Positions 9,667-18,329 of a stretch of DNA of 54,143 nt are shown here, one piece after another. The notes below the pieces were generated by a model. That model ran no database searches and was not told the origin of the DNA. It saw only the letters and a list, made by a program, of their open reading frames with translations. The DNA lies in contig CAYSKO010000012.1 in NCBI GenBank assembly GCA_964431835.1, forward strand, positions 1-54,143, read 5' to 3'. The translations under genes were made by a program, and so were the position numbers. Position 1 is the stretch's first letter. Each line of letters begins with the position of its first letter. The DNA comes from an uncultured Planctomycetia bacterium (GTDB lineage Bacteria > Omnitrophota > Gorgyraeia > 2-02-FULL-51-18).

Positions 9667-10587
9667 ATGCAAAAAACCGTTCGGGTCGCGGTGATAGGCG
9701 CGGGCAAGCTCGGCTCCCGCCATGCGGCCGTTTACTCCAAACTTCCCGGCGTTGAGCTCGTCGGTGTCTGCGATCTGGATGCCTCTCGCGCACAGGAAAC
9801 CGCCCGCCAGTGCGGCGCGCGCGCGTACACTGACCACCGCGAGCTCATCGCCTCGGTCGACGCAGCGAGCATCGTCGTCCCCTCGGAGGCGCACCACGCG
9901 ATTTCGAAGGATTTCCTCGAGCGCGGCCTCCATCTTCTCATCGAAAAACCCATCACCACTACCCTGAAAGAGGCCGACGAGCTCCTAGCGCTCGCGGAAG
10001 CCCGCAAGTCACTCATCCAGGTGGGCCATATCGAACGCTTCAACAGCGCGATCCGCGCCATGAAGGACGTGATCCACAAACCGCGTTTCATCGAAGCCCA
10101 CCGCTTGGGGCCTTACGACGCGCGCGTGGCCGGGACGGGCGTCGCGCTCGACCTCATGATCCACGACATCGACATCGTTTTCGACCTCGTGAAGTCCCCC
10201 GTCCGCTCGGTGGACGCCGTCGGCGCCTACATCCTCTCCAAGACCGAGGATATCGCCAACGCGCGCGTGCGGTTCGAGAACGGCTGTGTCTGCGATCTCA
10301 CGGCCAGCCGGGTCACTCCGGACGTCGAGCGCAAGATCCGTATTTTCCAGGACAACGCCTACCTCGCCATCGATTACGTGAGCCAGGAAGCGGAGATCTA
10401 CACCAAGGAAGACGGCCACATCAAGCGCAAGAAGATCGACATCACGAAAGGCGATTCCTTGAAAGAAGAGCTCTCCCACTTCGTCGAATGCGTCCGCTCC
10501 GGCAACCGCCCTCTCGTCTCGGGCCGCGAAGGGCGCGACGCGCTGGCGCTGGCACTCGAAGTCGCCCGCCAGATCCGGGAATCGTAA
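9667..10587 (+). CDS. Gfo/Idh/MocA oxidoreductase, GnnA-like (UDP-GlcNAc 3-dehydrogenase candidate)
   Basis: VAVIGAGKLG Rossmann fold, LIEKP, VGHIERFN, DLMIHDID; directly upstream of lpxB. Confidence 0.8.
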   Translation: MQKTVRVAVIGAGKLGSRHAAVYSKLPGVELVGVCDLDASRAQETARQCGARAYTDHRELIASVDAASIVVPSEAHHAISKDFLERGLHLLIEKPITTTLKEADELLALAEARKSLIQVGHIERFNSAIRAMKDVIHKPRFIEAHRLGPYDARVAGTGVALDLMIHDIDIVFDLVKSPVRSVDAVGAYILSKTEDIANARVRFENGCVCDLTASRVTPDVERKIRIFQDNAYLAIDYVSQEAEIYTKEDGHIKRKKIDITKGDSLKEELSHFVECVRSGNRPLVSGREGRDALALALEVARQIRES

Positions 10588-10594
10588 AATAGCC

Positions 10595-11707
10595 GTGGCG
10601 TGCCGCGTCTTCGTCATCGCGGGCGAGGCGTCGGGCGACCTGCACGGCGCGAACCTGATCCACGCGCTCCGCGAAGCCGATCCTTCCGTCGAGATCCACG
10701 GTGTCGGCGGCGACCGTATCCGCGAGACGGGCGCAAAGGACTTCCTCGATATCGCCCACTTCCACGTCACCGGCATCACCGACGCGCTGAAGCGCTATCC
10801 CGACTACAAGCGCGCCGAAAAAATCATCCTCGCCTCCGTCCGCACCGCACGCCCCGACGCGGTCGTTCTTATCGACAATCCGGGCTTCAACCTGCATCTG
10901 GCCGAACGTATCCACGCGATGGGCATCCCGATCGCTTACTATATCGCGCCGCAAATCTGGGCGTGGAAAGCCAAGCGCGTCTTTAAGATCAAGCGGTGGA
11001 TCAAAAAAGTGCTCGTCGTTTTCGATTTCGAGAAGAAAATCTACGAGGACAACGGCGTGCCGGTCGCCTTCGTCGGCCACCCGCTGAAAGACGCGATCCC
11101 CTACACGGAGCCAGCGGCGAAAAACACAGGCGCGCGGACGGTGGTGCTCATGCCCGGTTCGCGGAAAGGCGAGCTCAAGATGCTCTTCGACATTTTCGCC
11201 GAAGCGGCGCGCCTGCTGGCGCAGACGAGACCGGACGTGCGCTTCAAGCTCATCAAAGCGCCGACCCTTCCCAAGGAATTCTACGCGCGCCTCCTGGCGG
11301 AGGCAAAGGTGCCGATGGAGCTCGTCGAGACGGACGCTTACGCCGCAATCCGCTCGTCCGACCTCGTGATCGCCTGCTCGGGCACCGCGACGCTCGAATG
11401 CGCGCTCTTGGGAACCCCGATGATCATCGTCAACCGGGGCACGCTCCTCACGTACGTGATCGCGAAGCTCGTCGTGAAAGTGAAGTACCTCGGGCTCCCG
11501 AACCTCGTCCTCGATAAACCCGCGATTCCCGAACTCCTTCAGAACGACGCCACGCCCGAGCGCCTCGCCGCCGAAGCGGAGCGCCTCCTCACAGACGAAA
11601 ACGCGCGAGCAGCCATGAAGGCCGACCTCGCCGAAGTGTCGCGCCGCCTGGGTGCTCCGGGGGCCGCCGACCGCGCCGCGCGCGAAGTCCTAAACCTCTT
11701 AACTTAA
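10595..11707 (+). CDS. lpxB: Lipid-A-disaccharide synthase
   Basis: IAGEASGDLHG, IDNPGFN, YYIAPQIWAW, FVGHPL, PGSR, SGTATLE, GLPNL. Confidence 0.96.
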   Translation: MACRVFVIAGEASGDLHGANLIHALREADPSVEIHGVGGDRIRETGAKDFLDIAHFHVTGITDALKRYPDYKRAEKIILASVRTARPDAVVLIDNPGFNLHLAERIHAMGIPIAYYIAPQIWAWKAKRVFKIKRWIKKVLVVFDFEKKIYEDNGVPVAFVGHPLKDAIPYTEPAAKNTGARTVVLMPGSRKGELKMLFDIFAEAARLLAQTRPDVRFKLIKAPTLPKEFYARLLAEAKVPMELVETDAYAAIRSSDLVIACSGTATLECALLGTPMIIVNRGTLLTYVIAKLVVKVKYLGLPNLVLDKPAIPELLQNDATPERLAAEAERLLTDENARAAMKADLAEVSRRLGAPGAADRAAREVLNLLT

Positions 11708-11716
11708 ACAAGTCCG

Positions 11717-11799
11717 AAAAAAAGCGAGCCCGCCATTTCCCTTCGTACAAGGGACGACGCCCTTCGTCGTCCCGTAGAAGGGAAATGGCGGGCTCGCTT
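11717..11799 (-). terminator. Long hairpin, probable (bidirectional) intrinsic terminator between convergent lpxB and glnA
   Basis: 23-bp perfect outer stem AAGCGAGCCCGCCATTTCCCTTC / GAAGGGAAATGGCGGGCTCGCTT plus a 9-bp inner stem; a T-run follows on the minus strand. Confidence 0.75.
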
Positions 11800-11811
11800 C
11801 GCCTCCGGAAT

Positions 11812-13179
11812 TTAGAGGATCGGCAGGTACTTTTCCAGTTCGTAGTTCGTAATCTCCGCGCAGTACTTCGCCCATTCGATCTTCTTGTTCTCGATCAGCG
11901 AATGGAAGATGTGCTCACCGAGCGCGTCCCTCAGGAACTTCGACTGTTCGGCGATCGCGATCGCTTCGCCCAAGCTCTGAGGAAGGACTTCGACCCCGCG
12001 CTTCTTGCGCTCGGCTTCGGTGAAATTGGCCGCCGCCCCCCCCGGCTCGACCGGCTCCGGCAGCGGGTAATGATTCTTGATGCCCTCCAAGCCCGCCGCG
12101 AGCATCACGGAGAAGAGGAGGTACGGGTTGCACGCGGCGTCCGGCGAGCGAAGCTCGACGCGGGTCGACTTCTCGTGCCCCGCCTTGTACGCAGGCACGC
12201 GGACGAGCGCGTAGGGATTGCGCTTCCCCCAGTACACGTTCACAGGCGCCTCGAAGCCCGGGGTCAAGCGCTTATACGAGTTCACCCACTGGTTCGAGAC
12301 GATGCATATCTCGCGCGCGTGCTTGAGAAGACCCGCGATGTAGTGCTTGGCGGTCTTCGAGAGGTGGTGTTTGTCGGCTTTGTCGAAGAACGCGTTCTTG
12401 TCCCCTTCGAAGAGCGACTGGTGCACGTGCATGCCGCTTCCGTTTTCGCCCTTCAGGGGTTTCGGCATGAACGTCGCGTAAACGCCGTTCTTGAGAGCGA
12501 TTTCTTTCACGACGAGGCGGTAGGTGATCGCGTTGTCGGCCATCGTGAGCGCGTCGGTGTAGCGCAGGTCGATCTCGTGCTGGCTCGGCGCGACCTCGTG
12601 GTGACTCGACTCGACGCCGATCCCCATTTCCTCGAGCGTCATGATGGTCTCGCGCCGCAGATCCGATGCGACGTCGAGCGGGGTCAGGTCGAAATAGCCC
12701 CCGTTGTCGAGGCCCTTCGTCCCGGTCGAATTCTGAAAGTAGAAATATTCCATCTCGGGCCCGACGTAGAACGTGTAGCCGAGGTCGGACGCTTTCTTCA
12801 AATTGCGCTTCAGGCACTGGCGCGGGTCGGCGGCCGAGGGATGATTGTTCACGTCCACGATATCCGCAAACATGCGCGCGACGGCGTTTTCCTTCGGCCG
12901 CCACGGAAGAACTTCGAACGTCCCAGGATCCGGAAGCGCGCGCAAGTCCGTCTCTTCGCCGCGGGCGAAGCCTTCGATGACGGAGCCGTCGAACCCGGCG
13001 CCCTCTTCCATGACCTCATCGAGCTCGTCGATCGTGATCGCGAAGCTCTTCAGCTGCCCGAGAATGTCCGAGAACCAAAGACGGATGAAACGCACGTTGT
13101 GCTCGTGCGCCTTCTTCAGCACGAAATCCTTGCTCTGCTTCATGCTGGACGGGCGGCCGGACGCTCTCTTCGCTGCCAT
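11812..13179 (-). CDS. glnA: Glutamine synthetase type I (start may be 13143)
   Basis: FDGSVIEGF, GPEMEYF, HHEVAPSQHEID, TFMPKP..NGSGMHVHQS, NSYKRL.PGFEAP, RVELRSPD. Confidence 0.96.
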   Translation of the reverse strand: MAAKRASGRPSSMKQSKDFVLKKAHEHNVRFIRLWFSDILGQLKSFAITIDELDEVMEEGAGFDGSVIEGFARGEETDLRALPDPGTFEVLPWRPKENAVARMFADIVDVNNHPSAADPRQCLKRNLKKASDLGYTFYVGPEMEYFYFQNSTGTKGLDNGGYFDLTPLDVASDLRRETIMTLEEMGIGVESSHHEVAPSQHEIDLRYTDALTMADNAITYRLVVKEIALKNGVYATFMPKPLKGENGSGMHVHQSLFEGDKNAFFDKADKHHLSKTAKHYIAGLLKHAREICIVSNQWVNSYKRLTPGFEAPVNVYWGKRNPYALVRVPAYKAGHEKSTRVELRSPDAACNPYLLFSVMLAAGLEGIKNHYPLPEPVEPGGAAANFTEAERKKRGVEVLPQSLGEAIAIAEQSKFLRDALGEHIFHSLIENKKIEWAKYCAEITNYELEKYLPIL

Positions 13180-13191
13180 GACGGGACTCCT

Positions 13192-13872
13192 TTAATCCTC
13201 TGAAACGAACTTGTAGCCGATGTTGCGGACGGTCTCGATGAAAACAGATTTGCCTTCGATCTTCGAGCGCAGGCGGCGGATGTGGACGTCGACCGTGCGC
13301 GTGCCGCCGTAGTACTCGTAGCCCCAGACCTTGTTGAGGAGCACCTCGCGCGTGAAAACGGTGCCGGGGTTGGAGCATAGGAACTTGAGGAGCTCGAATT
13401 CGGTGAAGGTGAGGTCGATCTTCATGTCGCCGACGCGGACCTCGTACTTCGCGATGTCGATCGAGAGTTTGCCGCGCTGGATGACATTCTTTTGATCGAC
13501 CTTGTGCGTGCGCTTAAAAAGAAGATTGATGCGGGCGACCGCCTCGGGGATGCGGAGCGGACGGTACAGCACTTCCTGGATGCCGGAGGGCAGGTCGGCG
13601 GAGCGCATCTCGCTCTCGTCGAGGAGCAGCACAGCCGGGACGTCGTGGACCTGCGGGTCCTTCTTCAGCGTAAAATAGAAATCCAGAATTTCCGAATAGG
13701 AAGCTTTGGGGTTGAGGAGGATGAGGTCGGGCTCGCGTTCGAGGACAGCGGGAGCCGAAATCCCGTTCTTCGAGGCGATGTGAACCGCGAAATTCGTCTC
13801 GCGCTTCAGCGCGTCGCGGAGCTCCGCGCCCTGCTTGTTCTGGTCACCGATGATGAGGATGTTTCCGACCAT
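13192..13872 (-). CDS. OmpR/PhoB-family winged-helix regulator with atypical receiver (GlnR-like)
   Basis: LTFTEFELLKFL...VFTREVLLNKVWGYEYYGGTRTVDVHIRRLRSK. The receiver has PDLILLN instead of PDLILLD. Directly upstream of glnA. Confidence 0.85.
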   Translation of the reverse strand: MVGNILIIGDQNKQGAELRDALKRETNFAVHIASKNGISAPAVLEREPDLILLNPKASYSEILDFYFTLKKDPQVHDVPAVLLLDESEMRSADLPSGIQEVLYRPLRIPEAVARINLLFKRTHKVDQKNVIQRGKLSIDIAKYEVRVGDMKIDLTFTEFELLKFLCSNPGTVFTREVLLNKVWGYEYYGGTRTVDVHIRRLRSKIEGKSVFIETVRNIGYKFVSED

Positions 13873-14700
13873 CTAAAACCCCGCGATCGCGATGTCCGCC
13901 GCGTCGGCCGCCCGAATCACGTCGGACTTCGAGAGGACGAGCGTTTTTCCGGCCTCGAGAGCGAGCGTCCGGCACCGTGCCGCGCGCATCGATTCGATGG
14001 TCGAAGGCCCCACGCACGGAAGATCGAAACGCAGATCCTGGTTGGGCTTGGCCGTCTTCACCACCACCGCCCCTTCTCTCCCGAGTTCCCCTCCGCGGCG
14101 GATCGCCGCGTCGGTGCCCTCGAGCGCCTCGACCGACAGCACGATGCCTTGTTTTACCACGACGGTCTGCCCAATGTCCAATCGGCCCACGGCGGCCGCC
14201 ACGCGGCGGCCGAACGCTACGTCGCGCTTCTCGGAGGCGTCGGGTACGCGGCGCGTCATGGGACCGCGTACCGCGAGGGCGTCTTTCAGATAATGGCGAG
14301 CGTCCACCACCGAAACGCCGCAACGGACCCGAAGGTAAATCTCGAAAGCGCGCAAAAGGTGGTCGTCGCCGCGATTCCCCTTCTGCTCGATGACTTCGCG
14401 CAGGTCCGAATCGGCCCCGAGAGCCGGGTTGTAGATCTCGCGTTTTGGCACGGAGCCGGCCATCGCGACGCGCTTCACGCGCCATTCGACGAGCTTCTTG
14501 GGGATCTCGGCGATTTTCCCGAGCGGGATGTAATGCGTGCGGGAGGCGTGCGCTTCGATGCGGCGGTCGGTGTGTCCGTCGATTCCGATCACGACGACTT
14601 CCGTTCCCTGCGCACGAGCGGACTGGGCCAGGAGCAGCGGAAGATCACCCGAACCCGCGAGGATTCCCAGCGTCCCGTTCACCTTCGAACCGAACATCAC
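13873..14700 (-). CDS. lpxI: UDP-2,3-diacylglucosamine diphosphatase LpxI (DUF1009)
   Basis: GILAGSGDLP, DIGQTVVV, VEALEGTD, K.AKPNQDLRFDLP.VG; follows lpxA. Confidence 0.92.
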   Translation of the reverse strand: MMFGSKVNGTLGILAGSGDLPLLLAQSARAQGTEVVVIGIDGHTDRRIEAHASRTHYIPLGKIAEIPKKLVEWRVKRVAMAGSVPKREIYNPALGADSDLREVIEQKGNRGDDHLLRAFEIYLRVRCGVSVVDARHYLKDALAVRGPMTRRVPDASEKRDVAFGRRVAAAVGRLDIGQTVVVKQGIVLSVEALEGTDAAIRRGGELGREGAVVVKTAKPNQDLRFDLPCVGPSTIESMRAARCRTLALEAGKTLVLSKSDVIRAADAADIAIAGF

Positions 14701-15503
14701 TCGACCGTTTCGTCGGTCACGGCGCGCCGGAGAAGCCCGCGCTTGGAGGTTGCCGCAAACCGAAGGATCGTCTCCACGTACGGGTCCCCGGCGAACTCGG
14801 CGCGGGCGCGCGGAAGCGAATTGGAGAGCGACAACCCCGACGCGAAAAGAAGCGCGATCGCGCGACGGATCCGGTCGATGGATTCCCGCGGCACCCCCGA
14901 GCGGCGCAGGCCGACGACGTTGGCCCCGTAGAGCTTGGCGGGACTTCCGAAAACCAGCGTGTACGGCGGCACGTCGAGATGCACCTTCGAACAGCCGCCG
15001 ACCATCGAGCGTGCGCCAATGCGGCAGAACTGGTGCACGCCGACGAGGCCGCCGACGATCGCGCCGTCCTCGACGAGCGCATGACCGCCGAGCGCAGCGG
15101 AATTGGCCATCACGACGTCGTTTCCGACGCGCGAGTCATGGCCGACATGGGAGCCGGCCATAAAATAGTTGCGGTCCCCGATCACGGTGGCCGCGCCCGC
15201 GGTCGTGGCGCGGTGGACGGTCGCGTGCTCGCGGAACACGTTGTCCGCGCCGATCTCGACGCGCGTGCCCGGCGTTCCGCCGAGCTTTTTGTCCTGCGCT
15301 TCGAAACCCAGGCAAGCGCCCGGATAAACAACGCAGCGGGGGCCGAGCGTGATCGGTCCTTCGATAACGGCGTGCGAAAGGACGCGCGTTCCGTCGCCGA
15401 GCAAGGCGTGAGGTCCGATCACGGAGTAAGGGCCGACTTCAACCCCCGCGCCGAGCCGCGCACCGTCCGCGATCACCGCGGTCGGATGAACGGCCTTCAT
15501 CAT
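14697..15503 (-). CDS. lpxA: Acyl-ACP:UDP-GlcNAc acyltransferase
   Basis: VHPTAVI, hexapeptide repeats, HVGHDS, VHQFCRIG, N.VGLRR. Start placed at ATG 15503, which overlaps the fabZ stop, not at the long upstream ORF start. Confidence 0.93.
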   Translation of the reverse strand: MMKAVHPTAVIADGARLGAGVEVGPYSVIGPHALLGDGTRVLSHAVIEGPITLGPRCVVYPGACLGFEAQDKKLGGTPGTRVEIGADNVFREHATVHRATTAGAATVIGDRNYFMAGSHVGHDSRVGNDVVMANSAALGGHALVEDGAIVGGLVGVHQFCRIGARSMVGGCSKVHLDVPPYTLVFGSPAKLYGANVVGLRRSGVPRESIDRIRRAIALLFASGLSLSNSLPRARAEFAGDPYVETILRFAATSKRGLLRRAVTDETVE

Positions 15504-15952
15504 TCGGCGAGGCTGAACATGAGATCCGCTTCGCACGCGGTCTCCGTGCCGACTTTTGCCACGCCGTGCACAAGGCCGATGCGGGATTTCAGCTTCAAAA
15601 GCTCGATCTCGAGACGCAGCGTTTCGCCCGGTAAAACGGGACGGCGGAACCGTGCGCCGTCCACCGCCGCCAGGTACGCGATCTTTCCCTGATTCTCGCC
15701 CTTGGTGAGCATGAGGACCCCTCCGGCCTGCGCGAGCGCCTCGAGCATCAGCACGCCCGGCATCACGGGACGCGACGGGAAATGGCCTTTGAAGACCTCG
15801 CGGAAAAACGGGTCGTCGGCCTTCAGGTCCTTCTCTCCGATCACCGTCTTGTCCGTGATCTCCGTGATGCGGTCGATGAAAAGAAACGGAGGACGGTGCG
15901 GAAGCGCCTTCATGATCACCTCGGCGTTCCACGGCAGCTTGGGCTGAGTCAT
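15500..15952 (-). CDS. fabZ: 3-hydroxyacyl-ACP dehydratase
   Basis: LPHRPPFLFIDR, GHFP..PVMPGVLMLEALAQ, RFRRPVLPG. Start ATG 15952 overlaps the lpxC stop, with GGAGG RBS. Confidence 0.95.
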   Translation of the reverse strand: MTQPKLPWNAEVIMKALPHRPPFLFIDRITEITDKTVIGEKDLKADDPFFREVFKGHFPSRPVMPGVLMLEALAQAGGVLMLTKGENQGKIAYLAAVDGARFRRPVLPGETLRLEIELLKLKSRIGLVHGVAKVGTETACEADLMFSLAE

Positions 15953-16773
15953 CGTTTCGAAGCCTCCCTTTGTTTTCGAATGGCTTGGACGAGCTTCCGG
16001 TTCAAAGAATGGCCGCTGCGGATTCCCGACACGCGGGCGACGAGCGCGAACCCCAAAAGATGGAGATCGCCGATAAGATCCAGGAGCTTGTGCCGGGCGC
16101 ATTCGTTCGGAAAACGCATCGGACCGCTCACGGGGCCCGCCGCGGTCACGACAATGGTGTTCGACGCGTCGGCCCCTTTTCCGAACCCTTGAGCGCGCAG
16201 CGCGTCCGCTTCATCCTCGGTGCAGAACGTGCGTGCCGGCGCGACGTCGACGTCGAAACGGCCGCCGGACGGCGCGTATTCGGCTTTCTGGTTTTTCAGA
16301 ACCGGGTGATCGTAATCGAGCACATAGGAGGCGCTGAACTCCTCTGCGGGGAACGCCGCGATCGCGGAATTCCCTTCGTGGCAAAAAAGCGGCTCCGTCA
16401 CGCTCCAAAAGGCCGCGGGAGCCCCCTGCCCGGACGTGCCCAGGCCGCGGATCCAAGCCAGGTACGCGCGGGCCGAGCCGTCGAGCGCCGGAAGCTCGGG
16501 GCCGTCGGCGTCGATGTCGGCGTTCGTGACGCCCGCGCCCCAAAGAGCCGCGAGGAGATGCTCGACCGTGTCGATCCGCGCCTCGCCACGGCCGATCGCG
16601 GTACACCGGCGCGCCTGCGGATCCGCTTCAGACAAAATGGGACGGCCGTTCCTGAAAAATCGTAGACCCGCCTCGGCGGGAGCCGGGCGAAGCGTCACCG
16701 TGCACGGCGCTCCCGAATGCAGGCCCGCTCCGGAGATCGAGCCTTCACGCGTGAGCGTCTTTTGCTCGCTCAC
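15949..16773 (-). CDS. lpxC: UDP-3-O-acyl-GlcNAc deacetylase
   Basis: QKTL...GAGLHSG, TVEHLLAAL, LDGSA, APARTF, RHKLLDLIGDL zinc motifs. Confidence 0.93.
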   Translation of the reverse strand: MSEQKTLTREGSISGAGLHSGAPCTVTLRPAPAEAGLRFFRNGRPILSEADPQARRCTAIGRGEARIDTVEHLLAALWGAGVTNADIDADGPELPALDGSARAYLAWIRGLGTSGQGAPAAFWSVTEPLFCHEGNSAIAAFPAEEFSASYVLDYDHPVLKNQKAEYAPSGGRFDVDVAPARTFCTEDEADALRAQGFGKGADASNTIVVTAAGPVSGPMRFPNECARHKLLDLIGDLHLLGFALVARVSGIRSGHSLNRKLVQAIRKQREASKR

Positions 16774-17813
16774 GAACCGAGCTTCTTGCGCATTTCGGCC
16801 ACTTCCTTGAAGAGCTCGGGCAACCGGGAGATCAGCGCGAAGAGACGTTTTTGTTCGGAGATGGGCCGCGCGGGAGCTCCGAGAACGACCATCCCCGCTT
16901 CGACCGACTTCGTGACCCCCGCGCCCGCGGCGACGATGACGCCGTCTCCGAGCGAGAGGTGGCCGACGATCCCGGCCTGCCCGGCTACGATCACGTTCTT
17001 TCCCAGTTCAGTCGAACCCGAGATGCCGCACTGTGAAACCAAAAGAGTGTTCTCGCCCACGACGACGTTGTGCGCGATCTGGACAAGATTGTCGACCTTG
17101 ACGCCTTTTTTGACGCGGGTCGATTGGAAGCGGCCGCGGTCGATGCAGACGTTCGCACCGATCTCGACGTCGTCTTCGATCACGACGTTCCCGAGATGCG
17201 GTATCTTCGCGTGGGCGCCCCCGAGCGTCTCGTAGCCGAAACCGTCCGATCCGATCACCGCTCCGGAGTGCACGATCACCCGGTCGCCGATCTCGGTCTC
17301 CTCGCGGACCGTCACGTTCGGATAAATCCGAACGTCCGATCCGATCGTGGAACCCGCGCCGATATACGTACCGGCCTCGAGGACCGTCCGCGCTCCGATC
17401 GTGACGCCTTCGCCGAGAACGACGTGGGGCCCTAGAGCCGCCCCGGCTCCGAGTGTGGCGCCGACCCCGACCACCGCCGTCGGATGCACGCCCACCGGCG
17501 TCACGGCGCGCGAGGGCTTGAAGTGCTCGATGATCTTCGTGAAAGCGACAGAGGGATTAGCGGTGCGCACGAGCGCCTTGCCGTTGGGAGGAACGTCCTT
17601 CGAGACGATCACCGCGGAGGCCTCGGTCTCATGTAAAAAAGGGAGATATTTCACGTTCGAGACGAACGTGATATCTCCCTTTTTCGCTTCCTTGATTCCG
17701 GCGACCCCCGTGATCGTCACGTGCGGATCGCCCAGGAGCTCGCCCTCGACGAGCTCCGCGATGTTTTTTAGGCTTAGGCTCCGGACCTCATTTTTTCTTG
17801 AGGTAGGAGTCAT
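16770..17813 (-). CDS. lpxD: UDP-3-O-acylglucosamine N-acyltransferase
   Basis: Hexapeptide repeats, IGSDGFGY, DDVEIGAN.CIDRG, KVDNLVQIAHNV. Confidence 0.95.
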   Translation of the reverse strand: MTPTSRKNEVRSLSLKNIAELVEGELLGDPHVTITGVAGIKEAKKGDITFVSNVKYLPFLHETEASAVIVSKDVPPNGKALVRTANPSVAFTKIIEHFKPSRAVTPVGVHPTAVVGVGATLGAGAALGPHVVLGEGVTIGARTVLEAGTYIGAGSTIGSDVRIYPNVTVREETEIGDRVIVHSGAVIGSDGFGYETLGGAHAKIPHLGNVVIEDDVEIGANVCIDRGRFQSTRVKKGVKVDNLVQIAHNVVVGENTLLVSQCGISGSTELGKNVIVAGQAGIVGHLSLGDGVIVAAGAGVTKSVEAGMVVLGAPARPISEQKRLFALISRLPELFKEVAEMRKKLGS

Positions 17814-18309
17814 TCAGGACCTTGATGATCTGATTCGTCAGATCGTTCCCCTCGCTCTTGAACACGAGCACGCGATCGTTGAAGATGAACGAGTAGCCCT
17901 GCGCCTTGCCGTAATCCTGGATGACCGTTTCGATCTCTTTCAGGATGTCGCGGACCATGCCGTCACGTTCTTTGCGGAGCGAGTCGCGTGTCGTACGGTC
18001 GAACTCCTGAAGCGCCTTGATCTTCTCGTCGATCGCGGCCTGTTTGTCGTCCTTGGCCTTGGCGCCCATCAGTTCGGCTTCGTCACGGAGCTTCTTCACT
18101 TCGTTGACCAGCTTATCGCGGTCGCCCTGCTTGGAAAGACCCTTCTGCTCAAGCGTCTTGTCGAACGTCTTGGTCTTCTGGTACTCGTCGAACACGCGCG
18201 CGAGATCGACGTAACCGATCTTGCTCTCGGCAGCGTACGCCGGAGCGGCGGCCGTCGCGATCGCGGCGGCGACGAAGAACGAAAGTACGAAACGGAACGA
18301 TTTCCTCAT
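17788..18309 (-). CDS. skp: Periplasmic chaperone Skp/OmpH
   Basis: Signal peptide, KIGYVD, coiled coil, DLT..IIK.LN C-terminus; between bamA and lpxD. Confidence 0.92.
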   Translation of the reverse strand: MRKSFRFVLSFFVAAAIATAAAPAYAAESKIGYVDLARVFDEYQKTKTFDKTLEQKGLSKQGDRDKLVNEVKKLRDEAELMGAKAKDDKQAAIDEKIKALQEFDRTTRDSLRKERDGMVRDILKEIETVIQDYGKAQGYSFIFNDRVLVFKSEGNDLTNQIIKVLNDSYLKKK

Positions 18310-18329
18310 GATGCGCTTCCTCCCTTTGA

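Noticed and set aside
8282-9793. 503-aa alternative-frame ORF over the ArnT-like gene
   Set aside because: Arg/Pro-rich off-frame product typical of high-GC DNA, with no motifs.
11785-14931. Long plus-strand ORFs (472 and 479 aa) opposite glnA, the regulator and lpxI
   Set aside because: Antisense shadows caused by codon bias of the real genes.
14697-16102. Apparent N-terminal extensions of lpxA (411 aa) and fabZ (200 aa)
   Set aside because: The extensions overlap upstream genes out of frame; the true starts are at overlapping ATGA junctions.
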